Positions 33,753 through 35,170 of a DNA stretch of 35,170 nt are shown here, one piece after another (positions within the stretch are counted from its first letter, which is position 1; each line of letters begins with the position of its first letter). The notes beneath the pieces are model-generated. The model was not told where the DNA came from, did no database searches, and was given only the letters and a program-made list of their open reading frames with translations. This DNA is from Patescibacteria group bacterium (GTDB lineage Bacteria > Patescibacteriota > Minisyncoccia > Phycocordibacterales > XYD1-FULL-46-19), in contig JAUPUJ010000001.1 in assembly GCA_030917625.1 (NCBI GenBank), positions 1 to 35,170 on the forward strand. Direction: 5' to 3'. The position numbers and the translations under genes are program-made.

Positions 33753-34868
33753 TCAGCCCATACCTCCCTCACCGGTGTAGAAGGAGGCCAGGAATTTGCC
33801 ATCATAGTCTTCGTCGCCATAGAAGACAACGATGAGCTTACCCGGCCCAGCAGGGATAGTGTATTCTCCGTAACTACCCTCTTGAACGAGTAAGGGCTCC
33901 ATCTCTCCTTGATCTTGGTGGACTTTAACGACGAAGTCGCCGTGAAATCCCTCCAAGTACAAGTAAGTGTTGGCACCTTCTTCCCGTTCCAAGATAAACA
34001 CCTTGGCAGGGATAATAACATTGTTCACTTCTTCTTGTCCGGGAAATTCTCGGTAGAAGTATTGACTGTTGTTACCTATAAGATCAACAACCTCAATGCC
34101 GTCATCGAGAGCAATACCCAGAACATGGCCTTCGGCGACCTCAGGGTTGTCAACAGGACTCAACTCTCCCACCTGAAGTATCTCCCCCGTCCACTGATGA
34201 CGGATTTCATATTCGACTACACCCAGATTGGGGTCGAGCCAAATCCTGAAAGCTTGCAAGTCACTATCGTAATAGCCAACCTGCCCGCCATTGACCCAGA
34301 CAGTCAGATCTTCCCCCGCCACATCTTCCGACGAGAACTCCAGGATATGAGATTGATACCCCAACCGTAAAACAAAACTAACTCCCTCATCGTCCTGGAG
34401 ATACTGATTGTCGGACCAGGCCCAAGCCACTTCTCGTCCGTCCTGATGCGCCGAAAGATAAGCGTAGAAATTTCTGGCATTACCCACATTGTTTTCAGGG
34501 ATGACAGCCGGCCGAGGATTGGCGTAGTCCCGAAAGATTTCCACGCCATTAACCTTGAGTAGAGTCATCCGGAGATCGGTATTGAGACGAAAATTCCCAC
34601 GAACGACGGTCGTCGCTCCATTTTGGACTCTTTCGAATCCGAATTCCCCGACGTACTCCGTAATGTGGAGTCGCCCGAAAATTTGAGCCTTCATTGAGGT
34701 CGGAGCTGCCAACTCCCTTTCTTCGACTTCGGCGGCGGCCTCCATTTGCATCTCAGCAATCGAATCCTGAAGTGCCTGTATTTGCGCTTCGAGCTCCTCG
34801 ACAGTTGGCATTTGAGCCCCAACTGAGCCCGCGGCCAAGACAAAAAGTACCAGAAAAATTTTCTTCAT
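33753..34868 (-). CDS. secreted hypothetical protein (371 aa) in a GC-rich block, TGA stop
   Basis: Signal peptide MKKIFLVLFVLAAGSVGAQ and an N-terminal coiled-coil-like segment (VEELEAQIQALQDSIAEMQ). The remainder looks beta-rich with no domain I recognise. An AAGGA-type RBS lies upstream. Confidence 0.75.
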   Translation of the reverse strand: MKKIFLVLFVLAAGSVGAQMPTVEELEAQIQALQDSIAEMQMEAAAEVEERELAAPTSMKAQIFGRLHITEYVGEFGFERVQNGATTVVRGNFRLNTDLRMTLLKVNGVEIFRDYANPRPAVIPENNVGNARNFYAYLSAHQDGREVAWAWSDNQYLQDDEGVSFVLRLGYQSHILEFSSEDVAGEDLTVWVNGGQVGYYDSDLQAFRIWLDPNLGVVEYEIRHQWTGEILQVGELSPVDNPEVAEGHVLGIALDDGIEVVDLIGNNSQYFYREFPGQEEVNNVIIPAKVFILEREEGANTYLYLEGFHGDFVVKVHQDQGEMEPLLVQEGSYGEYTIPAGPGKLIVVFYGDEDYDGKFLASFYTGEGGMG

Positions 34869-34926
34869 GTTCCTATTCCTTTTCTCTGTTTTTTGAGGTT
34901 TATTTAAGTAGCCAACCCAATGCCAA

Positions 34927-35169
34927 CTACTTGTCTTTCACGTTAACCAAGATCGGCATTGCCCCTTCGAAAGTCATACCAACCGATCGAGCTTTCCTCT
35001 CTTCAGCCGACAAAACTTCCTCCTCCTCGGATTCAACGGGACTAGACCCCGGAACCAAATTTTCTTCAGGCCCCCGAGCATTGCCCAGGGTGGTTCGAGT
35101 TGGTGCTGGGACGAAAACGTGACGTCTTTCAACTTCAGCATCTTTCGTTACAACCAGCAACACAAGCAC
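34927..35169 (-). CDS. 3' end of a CDS that continues beyond the window (partial)
   Basis: The reading frame is open from the window edge to TAG at 34927. The 80-aa C-terminal fragment (…EEEEVLSAEERKARSVGMTFEGAMPILVNVKDK) has the same GC-rich composition as 33753-34868. Confidence 0.5.
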   Translation of the reverse strand: MLVLLVVTKDAEVERRHVFVPAPTRTTLGNARGPEENLVPGSSPVESEEEEVLSAEERKARSVGMTFEGAMPILVNVKDK

Positions 35170-35170
35170 A

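Noticed and set aside
33765-33773. 9-nt match (TCCCTCACC) to the 3' end of tRNA-Ser as a possible att site delimiting an island from 30850 to 33770
   Set aside because: A 9-mer match is expected by chance at about 0.3 per window of this size. The interval also contains the core gene recG.
33746-35122. Extra ORFs in the GC-rich block (33746-34021, 33909-34370, 34304-34549, 34694-35122)
   Set aside because: All overlap the 371-aa signal-peptide-bearing ORF or its upstream region in other frames. Long spurious ORFs are expected when GC rises. None has a start/RBS context as good as 33753-34868.

Overview
This is a 35.2-kb, gene-dense, AT-rich bacterial chromosome segment with about 40 CDS and 6 tRNA genes. 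Nearly everything is on the minus strand; the exceptions are comFC, recG, one CAU-anticodon tRNA and tRNA-Ser.

Content:
- Housekeeping genes: an ABC-F ATPase, pyrG, ftsE/ftsX, a compact prfB, gatC/gatA, ligA and recG.
- A ~12.3-kb co-directional type IV pilus (T4P) superoperon: pilM, pilN-like, pilO-like, an unknown gene, pilB, pilT, pilC, two pilins, a 495-aa repeat protein, pilD and four minor pilins. comFC is divergent next to it.
- Many small signal-peptide or membrane-anchored hypothetical proteins.

The overall style suggests a small Patescibacteria/CPR-like genome: tiny intergenic gaps, a monoderm-type pilus with no secretin, a GYAWSSNIGWI-repeat protein and a shortened RF2. This placement is inference only.

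The most unusual element is the tRNA-Thr(GGU) gene at 10835-11100. It is interrupted right after the anticodon by about 193 nt that I can fold by hand into a complete minimal group I intron core (P1 to P9, U.G at the 5' splice site, terminal G). A free-standing HTH + LAGLIDADG gene lies 20 nt upstream of the tRNA rather than inside the intron. This could be a collaborative-homing or trans-maturase module.

Other points worth a look:
- A G10 tract, a 10-codon uORF and a hairpin in the ABC-F leader.
- A structured ~135-nt spacer bracketed by duplicated terminators next to a tRNA cluster.
- A peptidoglycan-binding protein with an extreme D/E tail.
- An HNH gene next to tRNA-Gln.
- A sustained GC-rich block at the 3' end. 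It holds one of the only two TGA stops in the window; the other closes a small ORF next to tRNA-Ser.

I saw no rRNA, CRISPR array, transposase or integrase.
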